NCBI GenBank assembly: GCA_030295235.1
Contig: AP026136.1
Span: 310,001 to 374,000 of the forward strand
DNA from: Fistulifera solaris
Lineage: Eukaryota
DNA length: 64,000 bases
Direction: 5' to 3'
Of this stretch, positions 61,202 through 64,000 are shown piece after piece. Position 1 is the first letter of the stretch, and each line of letters opens with the position of its first letter. A program made the position numbers and the translations under genes. Under the pieces are notes generated by a model that was not told the origin of the DNA, ran no database searches, and saw nothing but the letters and a program-made list of their open reading frames with translations.

Positions 61202-64000
61202 TTATTCGTATTCATGACGACAGCCACTTTCATCCATGGGCCATGGTGCTCGACCAACAACAAACTGTCTCCTTTTAACTGAATACTGCTCTTTGTCGAA
61301 TGAACTTTGTCGATCACTCTTTTCGATTGCAGCATGTTTGCGTTTGTTCGAGTCGATTGAAGTCGACGAAACTTGTGTGTAACGGTCTGATTTCTCAACT
61401 CGAGAAAGAATCCACCTACCAATTATTGCCCCAGCTGATCTCGAAAGGTGCTGATTGAATTTAATGCAGTTCGAATCATGTAAGCATTCAGGACATCCAC
61501 CGTCGTAATCCTTGTCGTCTCCGCAAAGAGGACATTTTTCGAGCAGGTCGATGGCAGCAACAAAAAGCCCTTCTGGTTTAAAGATGTGCTTCCACAAACT
61601 CTGACATGCACCAGAACCACCTGCTCTCTCGTCGAACAGCATGACGCATGTAGGGGAAACAAACGAATGATCACATTGTAGATCTGACCTGCATAGTCCT
61701 GGACATACATGAGGCGCCACTGCCAGTAAAGCGTGACATAATGCATGAACACCTAAGCCATAACTGTTACCAAGTACAGGCATGAGATGATGCGCTCCAG
61801 AGTCAAGCCACAATCCAAAAGTTTCGTACTCCATCGAAGGAAGTGATAGCTCCGCTCGAGAGATTTCTTGTCTTGAAATCAGAGAAAGCCGTTTATAACC
61901 GTGGACACTTCTTTTAACGCAAACAGTTCCTCGCCCTCCAATCGAAAAAGGAGCTGTTGGTCGTCCTATCGATCCACGCATCTGGACCATTTCCACTTGA
62001 TTTACAACGGTTATGATTAAATTGCTCAGAGGTCGTGTATAATATTTTTCTTGACAGGGTTTGGCGAAAGCGGCCAGTTGATGATTGCGTCTTGAGGAGG
62101 AGTGATCAGACGAGAATAGGGGAGGCCTTGTCATCGATAGTATCTTGTATTTGCGCCCTCGGTGAGTGATGATTGCTCCCGGATGGGCATGGTAAAACAC
62201 CCTTGAGTACGGTAAAGTGTCGATGACGGCAGCTTCGTCGTGAACACAATCCATCCTTCCTTGTTGGCCATAATGTGAAATGTCAACTACGAGGTAGTTG
62301 ATTGGTTCAATCGATCTTAAAGAAACTGTCGACCATGCTCTTGATAAGCTGCGGTGAGCTCGTAAAACGAATCCAGAGACTACACCAGAAGTGGGCTCCT
62401 TAATAAGCGATCCCAGTAACACGAGCGCTTCAGCTGCTTTCAAATACATCTCTTTCCCACCGAATAACTCCCAATCACTCATGATGGGCGATGCAGTGTC
62501 CGACAAATCGGTAACGGGGTTCTCACCAGTGAGTGGGAACTCATTAGCTGCACAGATCATGTGACCTTGTAGCAATGCAATCGTCGTCATCGGGGAAGTT
62601 GTGCTTTCGAGGACAACGGCGTCAACTCCTTTCCCTAGTAGCGTTTTCGGATGACGCCAAATGTATTGCTCTGTTACGGAACCAAAGCAAATCATCACAG
62701 AAAGAGATGGTGTCCGATGGAGCCCACGTCCTGCACGCCCCGCTTGCTGCATGAGGCTTGTGTGTGAAGATGGGTAACCGCAATGTAAAGTAACGTCGAT
62801 TGCTCCGACGTCCACACCAAGCTCAAGTGCGTTTGTGCTTATTACTCCAAGTAAATGGTTAGAAAACAATTTCCTTTCTATTTCCCGGCGTTCTTTTAGA
62901 GTATAACCACCACGGTAAGATTCGATCTTTTGACAATCTTTTTCTCCTAAAATTTTGCTTGCCTTCTCAAACACCCATTCAACCAAATTTCTTGTCTTGC
63001 AGAAAACAATACATCTAACTCCTTTTTGTACCAGTCGTGCGAACAAGAGTGCCGTTTCATCCGCAGCGTGTCGCCTAGTGAAATTGGGTAGCCTTGAACT
63101 GCCTTCCCGTTCTCGTACAACAGGATCGGAGAGATCCGCTTCGCGTATAAACTTATGAGTTTCATTCACCTCTTCGCTTGTATGTCTCCTGTGAAGCACT
63201 GCTTGTACTCGACCATCCATATGGCGCCACAACAAGGGAGGATTCCAAACGAAAAAATGCTTCGCTGCCCTTGGTGAGCCATCGTCTACAATTACTGTAA
63301 CTTCATCGTCACCCACTGGACAGAGTCTCCGAAAGTGTATTTCTGGCTGGGTCAAAGTCGCCGATGCACACACAAACGTCACTTTTTCACATCGTCCACT
63401 GGCAGCGACAACGCGAATCAGCCGCCTCAAGATCATTGCAACGTGTGCACCGAAGACACCATCATAGTATGGGCCTCATCCAGAACCACATACCGCAACC
63501 TTGACAACCAACGTTTGAAGATTTCGTCCTTCGAAGAAAGCAAGGAGGCATGTATAGTGTCTGGATTCGTGAGCAAGATTTTCGCAGTCTCAACTATACT
63601 ACAACGCCGCGACATTGGCGAGTCTCCATCTAAAGTAGCAGGAGAGACCTGGTCTAGCAATGAGTCATCGAGAGTAGATTGCAGCTTAATCAACTGGTCC
63701 TGTGCCAAGGCTTTCGTGGGGAAGATAACAAGACTTGTTTCTCCCTGTGTAACTGCGGCACTCGTCACCGGCAACCAAAAACAAAGAGACTTCCCTGATC
63801 CAGTTCCTGTACAGATTGCCGTATGTTGTCTGTGCAAAAGTGTTGACTCGATAGCCCGTGACTGATGAGAAAACAATTTCCGGTTGTTGAGTTGATAGGA
63901 TTTGAGTACAGAGGAAGAAATCTTCTCAATACATGCGGTGGACAGATCAGCATATACTGCTTCCTGAGCTGGGAGAGACTCAGCCCAAGCAAGTTGGCCC
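61202..64000 (-). CDS. HRQ1: Hrq1/YprA-type DEAH-box helicase with a DUF1998 zinc-binding C-terminus; 5' end lies right of the window
   Basis: TGTGSGKS, PTKALAQDQ, VLDEAH, ASAT, SYRGGY, ALELGVDVG, QQAGRAGR, FDERAGGSG, CPLC...GCPECL...C. Frameshift at ~63465. Confidence 0.9.

Noticed and set aside
61202..64000. DUF1998 helicase as a bacterial defence (DISARM/Druantia-like) component
   Set aside because: It matches the ordinary eukaryotic Hrq1-type helicase, and no partner defence genes are nearby.

Overview
Eukaryotic nuclear DNA, most likely a pennate diatom or another photosynthetic stramenopile. The evidence is short GT-AG introns (57-212 bp), bipartite signal-peptide/'AF' plastid-targeting N-termini on LeuRS, L10, DUF179 and fibrillin, and a type III metacaspase. 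The window is gene-dense: about 32 protein-coding genes and one tRNA-Val(UAC). Genes include cytosolic-type ACCase (runs off the left edge), FAD-glycerol-3-phosphate dehydrogenase, syntaxin-5, BolA, LeuRS, glycerate kinase, NSUN2, a bZIP, RBBP5, a WW-cyclin Y, P4H, TrmB, a Myb, SPP, a C2H2-VASt protein and an Hrq1-type helicase (runs off the right edge). More than 20 small frameshifts, mostly in homopolymer runs, break conserved genes and are most likely long-read assembly errors. The main unexplained structures are: (1) a three-copy GATGTCA-N3/5-TGACGTA element in the ACCase/GPDH bidirectional promoter; (2) an inverted, degenerate copy of the ACCase C-terminus at 13.2-13.7 kb; (3) a dispersed (G)TACC(A/T/-)GGTA(C) palindrome family concentrated in 5' intergenic DNA; (4) a ~4-kb gene-poor island (50.6-54.6 kb) with a partial tRNA duplicate, a ~220-bp foldback, a tandem duplication and low GC; (5) several unusual domain architectures. 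All family assignments come from recognising motifs by eye, not from database searches.
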